A DNA stretch of 64,000 bases from Mobula hypostoma. Lineage: Eukaryota. The notes under the pieces were generated by a model, which searched no databases, had not been told where the DNA came from, and saw nothing but the letters and a program-made list of their open reading frames with translations. Of this stretch, positions 50,716 to 63,159 are shown in pieces (positions within the stretch are counted from its first letter, which is position 1; each line of letters begins with the position of its first letter). Position numbers and translations under genes: made by a program. The stretch spans positions 28,212,001-28,276,000 of the forward strand of contig NC_086108.1 of the NCBI RefSeq assembly GCF_963921235.1. Reading direction: 5' to 3'.

Positions 50716-51714
50716 TATCTTGAATTAATCTGAACCCTGAAATCCTCATGGCAAGTAGCTCTTTACCATTTCAAGCATAATAAACATTCATCAAACTTAA
50801 TAACATTTGCAGTCCAGTACACTTATGGATATTTAGGTTCAGAGCAATACAAAAACTAACAGAGACTCAATGAGATTAAAAGGACACTTAAAATTGCCCC
50901 CGATTCATCGGAATACTTGGGCAGTAACTGTAAATGGTCACTGTGACAACTGATCAAGAAATGCACTTAGTAACTCCACTGTCTCATTTGACACTGGAGT
51001 TAAATCTCTAACACTGCAAACTATTTAGAAATTTGGTCTACGCAATGCCAAACCTAAACTTAAGCTACACATGGGTCCTTGTGCTCCAGTACAACCTCTG
51101 CAACAAGAACAAGATAATGGAGCTGTACTTTAAGTAATTTATCACTCCCCTTCTGAGATTCTCCTCCAAACAACAACTTTTGAATGAGAGACACAGGACG
51201 CACAGTGTGGAAATGTAACACCATGCAGAGAATGGCAGAATTAAAATAGGCCACTCATTTCCAGAGGTACCTCAGCCTACTAGCCACTGGTTCTGCCTCT
51301 TGGACTGGACTTTGATTGCTGAGATACCCTGCCTCTAGAGTAAACCACCACTGGAAGCGTTTGTCAACTGTAAGAGAGCACAGCAAAAGAAGTTACCACT
51401 CGTGACTCCAACTGATTCCAAATTCTAGTTAGTGGCTAGGTATCTCCATGCAGCCTCACAATATGGCAGCTTAGGTTTTCCTCATGTAGTGAGGCTCCAT
51501 ATCCTCTTCTTTGAAAGTTAAATGAGCTCCGACGTGCAAGACTCAAGATCAGGGATTTTTACCCTTGCAGTATTCGAACAGAGGGTAAAAGTTGTTTCCT
51601 GAGTCACACAGAACTGTAACCGGCAGTCTGCCCACCCTGCACATGTCAGCCATCAAATACTATTCAATGTTGTGCTTTGCAATGACAGATGTGCAGATGT
51701 ACATCAGATGTAGT

Positions 51715-52040
51715 CACCTGACTGCGATGCCTCAAAAAGGCGGCATCCATCATTCAGGACCCCCATCACCCAAGTCATGCATTGTTCTCAGTGAAGGGGG
51801 ACACTCAACAGTTCAGCATCTTCCCTTCTGCCGTCTAATTTCTGAATGGACATTGAACCCATGGATACTGCTTCACTACTTCTTCAATTTTTATTTTTGC
51901 ACTAATTTAATTTGACTATTTAATATATATACTTACTCTAGTTCCTATTTTTTCTAGTATTATGTATTGCTTTGTACTCCTGACACAAAACAACAAATTT
52001 CACAACATATACTAGAGATATTAAACCTAATTCTGATTCA
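51715..52040 (+). mobile_element. Rex1-like LINE 3' end
   Basis: tgcctcaaaaaggcggcatccatcattcaggacccccatcaccc (CLKKAASIIQDPHHP) and tail attctgattc. Confidence 0.65.
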
Positions 52041-52619
52041 GAATTATCACTGTAAAGGGGTGAAAAGCATAAGCAGACCCTGCAATTGGCTGAAATAAAA
52101 CGACTTCAATCAGCAGCAGCTACACCAGTGGAACAACTTTAGAGGAGCCAAGTATTTAATTGCATAGGAAACTTACTAAAACAATGAATCAAAATCTGCT
52201 CACTGGAAGAGTACTGGTGGCGTGCATGTGTTCCTTTCTGGGCTGACTGATGAGTTCTCAGCTGTGGCCAGCTGCCAGCAGCTGTGGGAAATTCAATTAG
52301 AGCTTCTCAGTAGCAGCCCTTGAAACTGAAATAGTGCAGCACTACACAATGCCATTTTTTTAAAACCACACTGGAATATCACAATCTTTTTGAAACAGCA
52401 CAAGAGAGATCTGCAATGCGATTTTAATGCCAAAAAAAAAATTATCCTGAGGAATTTCCAAATCAGGTTCTTATCAGGCTCAGTACAATTGACCTGTGTC
52501 ACGGTATGGGTTGCTGTATAGCACAAGGATTGCGAGGGTGCTATTCTGTTGCTCTACCTGTGACACTGCGTTTTACATGCATAGAATGTACTCACTGCCA
52601 GATTGCAACACTCCCAATG

Positions 52620-53110
52620 CCTCATCTGACCGAGGCAGAACCCTCTTGGTGAGCAACACCTTATATTCCATCTGAGTAGCCTCCAACCTGATGGCATAAA
52701 CATTGACTTCTCTAACTTCCGCTAATGCCCCACCTCCCCCTCGTACCCTATCCATTATTTATTTATATACACACATTCTTTCTCTCTCTCTCCTTTTTCT
52801 CCCTCTGACTATACCCCTTGCCCTTCCTCTGGGTTTTCCCCCCTCCCCCCCTTTTCCTTCTCCCTGGGCCTCCTGTCCCATGATCCTCTCATATCCCCTT
52901 TGCCAATCACCTGTCCAGCTCTTGGCTCCAACCCTCCCCCTCCTGTCTTCTCCTTTCATTTTGGATCTCCCCCTCCCCCTTTCAAATCTCTTACTAGCTC
53001 TTCCTTCAGTTGGTCCTGACGAAGGGTCTCGGCCTGAAACGTCAACTGTACCTCTTCCTAGGGATGCTGCCTGGCCTGCTGCGTTCACCAACAACTTTGA
53101 TGTGTGTTGC
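52620..53110 (+). mobile_element. Penelope-like element 3' end with hammerhead motif (53012-53048)
   Basis: EQHLIFHLSSLQPDGINIDFSNFR*, then gtcctgacgaagggtctcggcctgaaacgtc; same family as 40700-41155. Confidence 0.82.
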
Positions 53111-53937
53111 CTCTTGGTGAAAGGACCACTTTTCTTCAGCCTAGTGCAATATGTCTTAAGTTTAATTATGGAGAAAACTTTCTTTTGTTGGGGAATCAAA
53201 AACTTTCAGGCTTATGTTTCAAATGAGAAGGAAAAGGTTTAGTAGAAAGTTGAGGAGAACTGTACTTTTATACAGAGAATGATATGAATCAGATTCAGGT
53301 CTATCATCACTGATATATGCCATAAAATGTGTTATTTTGCTGCAACATTACAGTGCAAAACATAAAAATGACCATAATTTACAAAAATAAATACATTATG
53401 CAAAGGACAAATAATGAGGTAGTGTTCATGGGCCACCGAAATCTGATAGTGGAGTAGAAGAAACAGTTCTTAAAATGCTGAGAATGAGTCTTCAGCCTCC
53501 TGTAGCTCCACTATGGGGAATGAAATGAGCAGACAGGGGAAGTGGTTGAGGCAGGTACAATGACAACATTTAAGGAGGGTTCAACAGGTACATGAATAGG
53601 AAAAGTTTAGAAGCATATGGGCCAAAATGCATGCAATGAACTAGCTTCGATGGGCATTTTGGCCGGAGTGGATCAGTTGGACTAAAGGAACTTTTACCAT
53701 GCTAAAATGCTCCATGGCTCTAAGTAGGCCTAAGGTGTGGCTCACCCATGTTCCAATCACATGGAAAAGCTGTCTTACTGAACCAGATGTTCCTAAAAGT
53801 CTGAATCAGGTTCACTTGTTGCATACCTCTAATGTACCAAAATTTCAGGTTCTTATTGTGCTTGTATGCAGAGAGGAAGTACTATATGTGTTCCTAAAGA
53901 ATGTAGGTAACATCAGTTTATGCTCTATGTTTTCCAG

Positions 53938-54094
53938 ATACCTGGAGCCGTACTGCCTGACAAGGAGAACTGGGTTGGTTGTCAGGGCAGTAGGCCACAC
54001 TTTCGAGGATACCCATGTTCGGTATGGACTCTGTTCCACCTCTTAACAGTGCAGGCTGCAAAACACAACAATTCCATGGTACTTGCAGGAAAAA
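53938..54094 (+). CDS. QSOX1: QSOX1 internal coding exon (start of Erv/ALR domain)
   Basis: Acceptor tttccag|ATA and donor A|gtaagg; 157 bp; IPGAVLPDKENWVGCQGSRPHFRGYPCSVWTLFHLLTVQAAKHNNSMVLAGK. Donor chosen because its phase 1 matches the next exon. Confidence 0.92.
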
Positions 54095-54959
54095 GTAAGG
54101 CTTCATATTTCTTTGTTTATACATTCTATCTCTTCACTGTATTTGTCTACCTGCCTGCAATTTCTCTGTAACTGTAGTACTATATTCTGCACTTTTTTTC
54201 ACTTTTTGTACTACTTTGATGTACTTTGATATGGAATAATCTGTCTGGATGGCATGCAGACAAAAACTTTTCACTGGCCTTCAGTACAGTTGACAGTAAT
54301 AAACCAATTACCAAGACTAAAGTGATTGTAGGGGTAATTACCAGCCTCACAGGTTGTCAACCATGGAAATTCATCAGAATAAATCAAAGAAAGTAGAGTT
54401 CTGGTTCTTCAAACCTCATTTTCAAACTTTATACACTTATTTCTTTCAAAAATATGTTTGAGTCAGGTTAGCTTGCCTCACTGGGGAGGAATCTTCCAGT
54501 AGTTTCCAGATGTTCATCTTACGAGGATTGAGTGGTACTGTTGTACGGCTAGTAGAGCCATTGCCTCACATCTCCAATGATCAGGTTGTCTCCTACACTC
54601 TGGTACTGTGTGTGTGGAGCTTGCACTTTCTCTCTGTTGGTTTTCTCCAAGAGTTACAATGTCTCCCACATCCTAAGGGCGTGTAGAGTTAATAGTCCCT
54701 AGTATAGACAGGTGGTAGTACTGGCTGGAAGTCTGTGGGAAGGTGGAGAGAATAGGTCATTGGAAAATTAGTGAGGAAATGGAATTGCTCTGTAAGCTGG
54801 CAAAAAATCAATTGGCCAACTTATCTTAATTTGTCTTGGAGGCCAGTGATAAGATGGCAATGCACCTCCCCCTCGTACCTATGTTACGTAAAGTTCCATT
54901 CCTGAGAGCTGTCCATAAGCCAATTTCTCCATGTCTGGAAAGTCTATTTTCCAAAGCAT

Positions 54960-55365
54960 AGCTAAAAGTAAATTTATTATCAAAGTACATATGTGTCACC
55001 ATTTTCAACCCTGAGATATACTCAATTCTCGCAGGCATACTCAATAAATCCAATAACCATGATAGAATCAATGAAAGACTGAACCCTGCAGGGTATACAA
55101 CCAGCGTGCAAAAGACAACAAACTGTGTAAATCCAGAAAGAAAGGGAAAAAAGAGAATGAATTAATGAATAGATAGATGGACAGATAGATAAACAAACAA
55201 ACAGACAAGCAAGCAGTATGGAGAACATGAGATGAAGAGCCCTTGAAAGTGAGTTCATAGGTTGTGGGAATAGTTCAGTGATGGAGCAGGTAAACGAGTG
55301 AAGTCATCCCTACTGGTTCAGGAGCCTAATGATTGAGGGGCATTAACTGTTCCTGAACCTGCTGA
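54960..55365 (-). mobile_element. Rex1-like LINE 3' fragment
   Basis: Same family as 6200-6730 (aaatttattatcaaagta...gagcctaatgattgagggg). Confidence 0.6.
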
Positions 55366-55640
55366 TATAACCCTATCGTATTGCATTCATTTAGCATTCA
55401 CTTCCTATTCTTCCTTTTCATTGAATGCTCGCTCTAACACTACCCATAATTAAACTAATGGAATATATACTATATCCAGCTCTTAATGAATATGATATGT
55501 TGTTGTTGTTCTTGTTCTTGTTATTACCTTGAAAAATACTTGAAAAATTCATGGGAGAATTTCTGTAAAGCTGAGTTTTCATAATGCAGGCCTTATGTAC
55601 CTGAAGGAGACCCTGTATTTATGTTTGAAATAATTTATGC

Positions 55641-56774
55641 TTTTTTTTCATTTATATAATAAGTTTATTGAGGCATAGCGTGAAACAGTTCCTACAATTT
55701 ACCTCCTACTGGAGGTAAAAAAAACATTACCTGATTTCTACAAGAGATGGTCAAAACAGTTGAATCTTCGCTTGCTAGGAACTGGAGCTTAGGAATACTT
55801 CTTCACTGTTTCCCTCAAAGGCTTTAAACAGCTACAGTGAAAGCAAATCACTCATCATCTGGGCCAGGATGCATGAGACCAAAGCTTACTGCAGTCTCCT
55901 CTTCCAATTAGTTATCCATTGAAGTCAGAGGACCAGACCTAGCCCTCACCAGTGTATCAGCTCCTTCCCACTAGTAAACTCTCCCAATCCCTCTGCAGCT
56001 CAAGCCTCGGCAGGCATTTCAGCTGCTGAAAACAGAATGAATCGGTCAAGAAACACATTTCATTTAGGAATTACTTTTCCTGTAACATCCTGGCTCCTGA
56101 TGAGGGAAGGAGGCTCCTTTCAGAGCACGGACATGAAAATGGGAAGAGAGTAACCTAATAGAGTGAAACAGAGAGTTCCAGCACTGCTTAATTAAGGAAA
56201 TTCAACTCTTAAGCTCATCCCACAAAAGTACGTTCAACTGATAGCGGTGCTGTTGAAACAAACTAACATCACAGTCAATGATTGAATAGTAGTCTCTTCC
56301 AGCAGTGTGAGGAAGTCAGTAATAAGGTCTTCTTGGGTTATTCAGTGGATTGGGTCTGAACCTGTAGGCCAACATAATACGCTTGCGGAATGCTTCATAC
56401 TCGTCATCATCCTTACTGAGCTCTGCGGGGTGATCAATACCAAACCCAGCTCCATCAACTGCAGTAATTCCTTTGGGGACAGGAGCTTTGATGCCTCGAC
56501 CCTGGGAGCCCAAACCATCACCTTCCTTCCAGCCCATTTTCATCAGCATCTGGTAACCAATGTTCTCCACGGTAAGTTTGAAATCCTTGTAGTCAGAATA
56601 ATCAGGCTCTCTGCCTTCCTTTAGAGCTTTGAATGTTTCCATGAATTTCTCTAGTTCATCAAGGGCAGAAAATCCCCAATAAAATGTTTCCCTTGACCCA
56701 TTTCTGTCAGTTGTTCTGCCCATTCTCTAGTCTTTTCCATCTCCATGCGCCGCAAGCGATGTTCCCAGGTCCCA
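55641..56774 (-). pseudogene. SUGP1: 5'-truncated processed pseudogene of SUGP1 (SF4): G-patch C-terminus, 3'UTR and polyA
   Basis: Intronless [37 protein letters not shown], a 1-nt frameshift near 56662, then [22 protein letters not shown]...[19 protein letters not shown]...[21 protein letters not shown] at 55664-55669(-); A8 tail at 55641-55648; TSD AAAAAGC. Confidence 0.93.
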
Positions 56775-57578
56775 GCTTTTTAAATCAATTTTATTATATT
56801 TATTATTAATAGAATATGGGCAACACTGGGTAAGTATGTATTAGTTGTTCTGTTAATAGATTGAGTTGAATCTCTGCTCCCCTTATGCAAATGTCTTGAA
56901 TGATTAAATATCAGATATTAGCTTTGTCACCCATACTTGAATCATACAGGGAAATGAGTCATTTGCATCAAATCAAATCAGCGAGGATTATGCTGGACAG
57001 CCTGCAAGTATTGTCACAACTTCTGGCACCAGTGTAGCATCCCCAAATCTTACTAACCCAAAATGAACATCATTGGAATATGGAAGGGAGCTAAAGCAGT
57101 CAGAGGAAACACACAGGGCCATGTGGAGAACGTACAATCTCCTTACATACTGCAGTGGGAACTGAACCCAGATCAGTGATTGTTGTTGCTCTAAGGTGAT
57201 TGCACTAACTGCTACACTACTGCTAAACCTAACATCAGAAGTCAACAAGTTCCAGGACGTGACAATGGAGCACCATTGTACAGCATCTCAGGATGGTGCA
57301 TGACTTGAGAGACTACAAGGACTGAGAGTGTGGCCATTTTTCACCCTCCCAGTTGCTAATGCTGGACGTGTGCATGTCAGTATATTTGGAGAGCGGGAAT
57401 GTTTTCATCCGGGTTCTTCAAACCCTATTGAAATGAGTATGCCTTGGCTGTAGACTTGAATTAGTGCGTTAAGGAAGAGTGGCCATCGAGGGGGGTGCAA
57501 CAAGGACAGTAACTATGGAACAGTGGCAATGAGTAGCATCTGTGTTCTGTTACTATTCCAAACCTCTGTCTTCTCCAG

Positions 57579-57767
57579 GTGTCCAGTCTGACCCTCTGGA
57601 AGTTCTGTCTGCATTGAGGCAGTACGTCAAGCATTTCTTTGGATGCAGAGAGTGTGCGGTCCATTTTGAATCTATGGCAGCAGTATCCATGAACTCTATC
57701 CAAACCTTCGACAAGGCTATCTTGTGGCTGTGGTCTCGGCATAATCGCGTCAACAACAGGCTGGCAG
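57579..57767 (+). CDS. QSOX1: QSOX1 internal coding exon with Erv/ALR redox CxxC
   Basis: Acceptor ttctccag|GT and donor G|gtgagt; 189 bp; VQSDPLEVLSALRQYVKHFFGCRECAVHFESMAAVSMNSIQTFDKAILWLWSRHNRVNNRLA. Confidence 0.95.
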
Positions 57768-60079
57768 GTGAGTGCATTCTGCTGGATGGGCACCATAGCC
57801 AAGAGGTGAAATAATTTCCCTGCTTAAAGGTTCCAGTCTGTGCGTTCTGTCAGTGGGTACTAACACTATAGTGAAAGAGGGTAAGGTCTGTCCAGCATCT
57901 TAAAAGATCATATCACCTAATGTTCTCCCTAGCCACTGAGGTACTTTTGAATCGTGCTGATTGTTTGAACATGCAGCTGGTAATTCATGCACAATATGAT
58001 CCCACAACAAACAGCTTCTTCGGGTGACATTGACCAAATGATACATATTGACTAGGAGACCTGGGAGAATACCACTGTCCTTTTCTGAGAGTGATGTCAT
58101 GGGACCGATCACGTTCTCCGGACTGAAAAAATTCTCATTCCTCTTGGAGTGTACTGAACTGGACTACGTGCAGATGTAGTCAGAACCAATGCTCAAAGAG
58201 CCAACACAGTGTCTTATTTCTCAGCTAGATTGGGAATTAGATTAGAATTGGGTGGGTTCTGCATCTGGAATATTTTCCCAACTTTCAAGTACTAATATCT
58301 AAATTAAAAATATCCGGGTATAGTACATCCTGGTGTTTCCAGTGTTAACCAAGATATGACCTCAGTGGCAATAATGTCGAGTATTCTTACTGGTTAAGCA
58401 GGTATGAACAGCTTGGAGGTATTTAGCATGCTTTTTGGTAAATATTAAGGTACAATTATTTCTTTCTGTATTTTCCATTATTTTGTTTAAAGTTATTTAC
58501 GCGTGAGACAAGTGTGCTATAGCAGATCAGTGCTCAAAGATGTACCATTTTCTTGGCTTCAGGAAAAGCTTGGTGGTGTTGCTAATCTGTTGAACAGACC
58601 CTCCTGGGTTTAGAGTAGTGCCTACGTCCATGAGCGCTCACATTCACCGATCCTGAGAATGGTGTTACAATAACTTGGTACTTGGGGTCTGACACTGACC
58701 TTGTTCTCAGTATTCGGAGTCCACCACGGCCTCCATTCTTGATGCTTGCAGTCGATCACTGTCCTCCTCTCCTGCTTTCACCTGTCACCTCACAGTTTTA
58801 GCACAATGCCAAGGGTTTGAATACCCTGCTTACGGTGTCCTGTAACATTCCTGCCATTTCTGTGTTGCTATTGAGTCATGGTATTGTTTAAAACCATTTA
58901 TGCGAGAGGCGTTTCTTCACTTGTAAACTGGGCATTGTGTCAGCACCGTGCTTGGACTATTACTGCATCGATGTAGCTCAACGCTTGTGCCATCTAGTAA
59001 GAGTGACAACATTACACAAGTCAGTGTCTGTCAGTTCACGCGGCTATTTGTTTGGTATTCAGTGGTGGTAAGGGTCTCACAAGCTAGTCTTTGCGGAGAG
59101 GGGGATTGGGAGGGCAGGCATTCAGCTTTCCTTGGATTAGGAAAGTTTCAGCGAGGCAGCAGGTGGCTGCTGTGGGGACACGACGACTGTTTTATCTCCT
59201 GCGGCCTCCTTCAGCCTTGTGTTTAGGGAGGGGAGGGGCAGTTGTAAATGGCACGTGGAGCCGGCCTCTCCCCAGGGGAGGGTGTTTGATGCGTGCCATT
59301 TAACTCCACTACTTTAGAGTCAATGAACCATGAAATCCTACCATTTGTAAAGTGTCAGTACAATTAATTTGGCCCCTATCTTTGTAAACTCTCTAATGAC
59401 AGTTGGGATTTTTGAGGATTGTACTGCTGGCATAGTCTCCTAAGGGAGCTGTTCTCAATCCTTTCATTTCAGGCACTAAATATAGTGCAGATTATGCACC
59501 AAATGAAACAGTTTAGTAAGTGTTTGCTTTAAGATGTTCTGCTTAATTGACATGGCTCAAACTCAACTCTTTCACCAAAAGAAATTCCTCTCAATATTAA
59601 TTCATGAAGTAACAGAGAAGGCAAGTGCCTTTTAATTTCCCCACCAGTCTCTTTCTGTACAGAGGTTCAGCCGGTGTACCATGGTGACCATTCCATTGTT
59701 TAGCCTAGTTGGACTTTTCTAACATAAGAAACCTGACTGTATCGACCACTCACTCAACTCTGTTGTAGACGCTTGTCCTGAATCAAACCCGAATACAATA
59801 TTCAGTCACCTGGTTTATGATCAGATGTGAAGCAAATGCAGCAAAATGTTAGAAATCAAAAGAAATATGAAAATCTGAGGTGCAGGGAACTCTTGAGGAA
59901 ATGACGCAGCCTTTTTGTACTGATATACTTAACCCTTCATACACTTTATGAAACCAGAGCACTTGGAGGGAACCTAAGCAGTCATAGTGCGAACACACAG
60001 ATCCCACAGAGACACCATCAGGGATCAGGATTGGACACAAGACTGCCGAAGCTCTGAAGGAATGGCATTACCTGCTGCA

Positions 60080-61402
60080 TTCCAGTATGCCAACCTCCAT
60101 CGGTTATTCCAGTATGCCAACCTCCATCGGCTATTCCAGTATGCCAGCCTCCATCGGCTATTCCAGTATGCCAACCTCCATCGGTTATTCCAGCATGCCA
60201 GCCTCCATCGGCTATTCCAGTATGCCAACCTCCATCGGTTATTCCAGCATGCCAGCCTCCATCGGCTATTCCAGTATGCCAACCTCCATCGGTTATTCCA
60301 GTATGCCAACCTCCATCGGCTATTCCAGTATGCCAGCCTCCATCGGTTATTCCAGTATGCCAGCCTCCATCGGCTATTCCAGCATGCCAGCCTCCATCGG
60401 TTATTCCAGCATGCCAACCTCCATCGGTTATTCCAGTATGCCAGCCTCCATCGGCTATTCCAGTATGCCAACCTCCATCGGCTATTCCAGCATGCCAGCC
60501 TCCATCGGCTATTCCAGCATGCCAGCCTCCATCGGTTATTCCAGCATGCCAGCCTCCATCGGTTATTCCAGCATGCCAACCTCCATCGGCTATTCCAGCA
60601 TGCCAGCCTCCATCGGTTATTCCAGCATGCCAACCTCCATCGGTTATTCCAGTATGCCAACCTCCATCGGCTATTCCAGTATGCCAGCCTCCATCGGCTA
60701 TTCCAGCATGCCAGCCTCCATCGGTTATTCCAGCATGCCAACCTCCATCGGCTATTCCAGCATGCCAGCCTCCATCGGCTATTCCAGTATGCCAGCCTCC
60801 ATCGGCTATTCCAGTATGCCAACCTCCATCGGTTATTCCAGTATGCCAGCCTCCATCGGCTATTCCAGTATGCCAACCTCCATCGGTTATTCCAGCATGC
60901 CAGCCTCCATCGGTTATTCCAGCATGCCAACCTCCATCGGTTATTCCAGTATGCCAGCCTCCATCGGCTATTCCAGTATGCCAACCTCCATCGGTTATTC
61001 CAGCATGCCAGCCTCCATCGGCTATTCCAGCATGCCAGCCTCCATCGGTTATTCCAGCATGCCAACCTCCATCGGTTATTCCAGCATGCCAGCCTCCATC
61101 GGCTATTCCAGCATGCCAGCCTCCATCGGCTATTCCAGTATGCCAACCTCCATCGGCTATTCCAGTATGCCAGCCTCCATCGGCTATTCCAGCATGCCAG
61201 CCTCCATCGGTTATTCCAGCATGCCAACCTCCATCGGCTATTCCAGCATGCCAGCCTCCATCGGCTATTCCAGCATGCCAGCCTCCATCGGTTATTCCAG
61301 CATTCCAGCCTCCATCGGTTATTCCAGTATGCCAACCTCCATCGGTTATTCCAGTATGCCAGCCTCCATCGGTTATTCCAGTATGCCAACCCCCATCGGT
61401 TA
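60080..61402. repeat. Minisatellite, 49 x 27 bp, consensus TTCCAGYATGCCARCCTCCATCGGYTA
   Basis: 1323 bp = 49 x 27, consistent with the 49 nonapeptide units in the ORF track. Confidence 0.97.
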
Positions 61403-62099
61403 TTTGAGTTCTCGGGAGCATCAGACAGAAATTAGCGATCGGTGCAGAATTTTGTCATCTTTTCTTTCCTTCTAGCAGCTGGTGACGGGATCAAAAGTGA
61501 CTGACGTTTTACATTAGCATGTCAATCTGCAGATTAGGTCAAGAGCAGCAGAGCCTAATTATACCTTCCCAAGTTCTCTTATTTCTCTGAGGACAGACAA
61601 CATATCTGCTTTCATTCAGAGGCAGTCAGCAAAGAACAAGCTGCTGAAGAGACTCAGCAGGTTGAACAGCATCTAAAGGGACCCCACCCTTTCTCCTTAT
61701 ACTGCCCCTCACCCTTACCCTTTATACTGACCCTCACCCTTACCTTTTATACTGACCCTCGCCATCTTTCCTTTATATTGACTATCCTTCCCCTCCACTC
61801 TTAGGCCTAATGCAGAATCTCAGGCCAAACATTGACAATTCCACACAGATCCTGCTGAGCTCCTCCAGCAGTTGGTTTTATGCTCGATATTCCAGCATGC
61901 CTGTCTCTTACTTGCAGGGACTGAAGCACAGTGCCATGGATTTATCACCCTCATCCATCATGATTTTGGCCCAAACCTGTTTTCTCTTCTGAGAGAGTCC
62001 AGAAGAACGGATCACAACTTTAATCTACAACAGTGCCCTGCAGCAACATTATCGGGAAGCTAGTCTTCAGTCCCCTCAGATCTCCTACACCCTTGGCCA

Positions 62100-62840
62100 G
62101 AAAATCAGAATTGGAGTCAGGTTTAATATCACAGCATATGTCGTGAAATTTGTGATCTTCACAGCAGGAGTGCAATGCAAACATAATAATAGAGAAAGAG
62201 TGAATTACAGTCAGTATGCATATTTAAAATATAGTTAAATACTGTAAGTAGCACAAAAATTAAAATTTTTTGAAGTAGTGAAATAGTGTTCATGACCATT
62301 CAGAATTCGGATGGCAGAGAGGTAGGAACTGAACCACTGACTGTGTGCTTCAGGCTTTTGTACCTCCTTTCTCATGGTAGCAATGAGAACTGGGTGCGTC
62401 CTGGGTGATGGGGGTCCTCAATGATAGATGCCGCCTTTTTGAGGCATTGCTCCTTGAAGATGTCTTGGATTCTAGAGACTAGTGCCCATGATGGAGCTGA
62501 CTAAGTTTTAAAGACTCTGCAGCTTATTTGGATCCTGTGCAATAGCCCTCTCCCTGCCAACTGGACTGTGATCAGCCAGTTAGAATGCTCTCCATGGTAC
62601 ATCTGTAGAAATTTGAGAATTTTTTTTTGTGACATAGTAATTCTGCTCAAACTCTAATGAAATACAGTCGCTGCCTTGCCTTCTTTGTAGCTGCACCAGT
62701 ACGCTGGGTCCAGGATAGATCCTGAGATGTTGACACCCAGCAACCTGACATTACTTACTTTCTGTCCTCTGTGAGGACTGCTGTGTGTTCCCTCATCTTA
62801 CCCTTTCTGAAGTCCACAATCAGTTCTTTGGTCTGTTGAA
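62100..62840 (-). mobile_element. Rex1/Babar-like LINE 3' fragment
   Basis: Homologous to 29405-30150 and 30315-31490. Confidence 0.7.
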
Positions 62841-63159
62841 ACTAGAAGATAAATTGCAAACTTCAAAAGGGTGATTGTTTGATTTTTAAAACTCAGAAAG
62901 AAAATTGCATATGTCTGAAATGGAAGTAGAGTGCTGGAAACATTCAGCTGGTCAGGCAGCATCTGTGGAGAGAGAAACAGTGTTACTATTGCAAGTTGAA
63001 TACTGACCCCCTCATTACAACTGGGGTGAAAGAGAGAAAGCAAGTTTTAAGTTGCAGTGAGGATAGACAGGGAATGGATGTGATAAGGAATATTCTGTAG
63101 AGCAGATGCCCATCACAGAAATTCACTGATAGGGTCTTTGACTTGAAGCATTCACTTTT

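Noticed and set aside
48700..51600. Possible DIRS or retroviral relic flanking the CR1
   Set aside because: No diagnostic motif could be recovered by eye; left unannotated
52703..53242. Recurrent peptides such as LLVNAAGQAASLGRGTVDVSGRD as a multigene family
   Set aside because: Translations of the non-coding Penelope-derived terminal repeat present many times in the window
54076..54084. Alternative donor ATG|gtactt for the QSOX1 exon starting at 53938
   Set aside because: Phase 0 is incompatible with the next exon; the donor at 54094 keeps the frame
56316..56723. Functional nested SUGP1 gene
   Set aside because: 5'-truncated, frameshifted, intronless, with polyA and TSD; annotated as a processed pseudogene
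60080..61402. CRISPR-like array
   Set aside because: Units are head-to-tail with no unique spacers; no cas genes; eukaryotic context
59987..61475. Four ORFs of 454-482 aa (FQYANLHRL, GITDGGWHT, AYWNNRWRL and MPTSIGYSS repeats) as novel repeat proteins
   Set aside because: They arise because the 27-bp unit lacks stops in five of six frames; they overlap on both strands inside an intron and have almost no unique sequence
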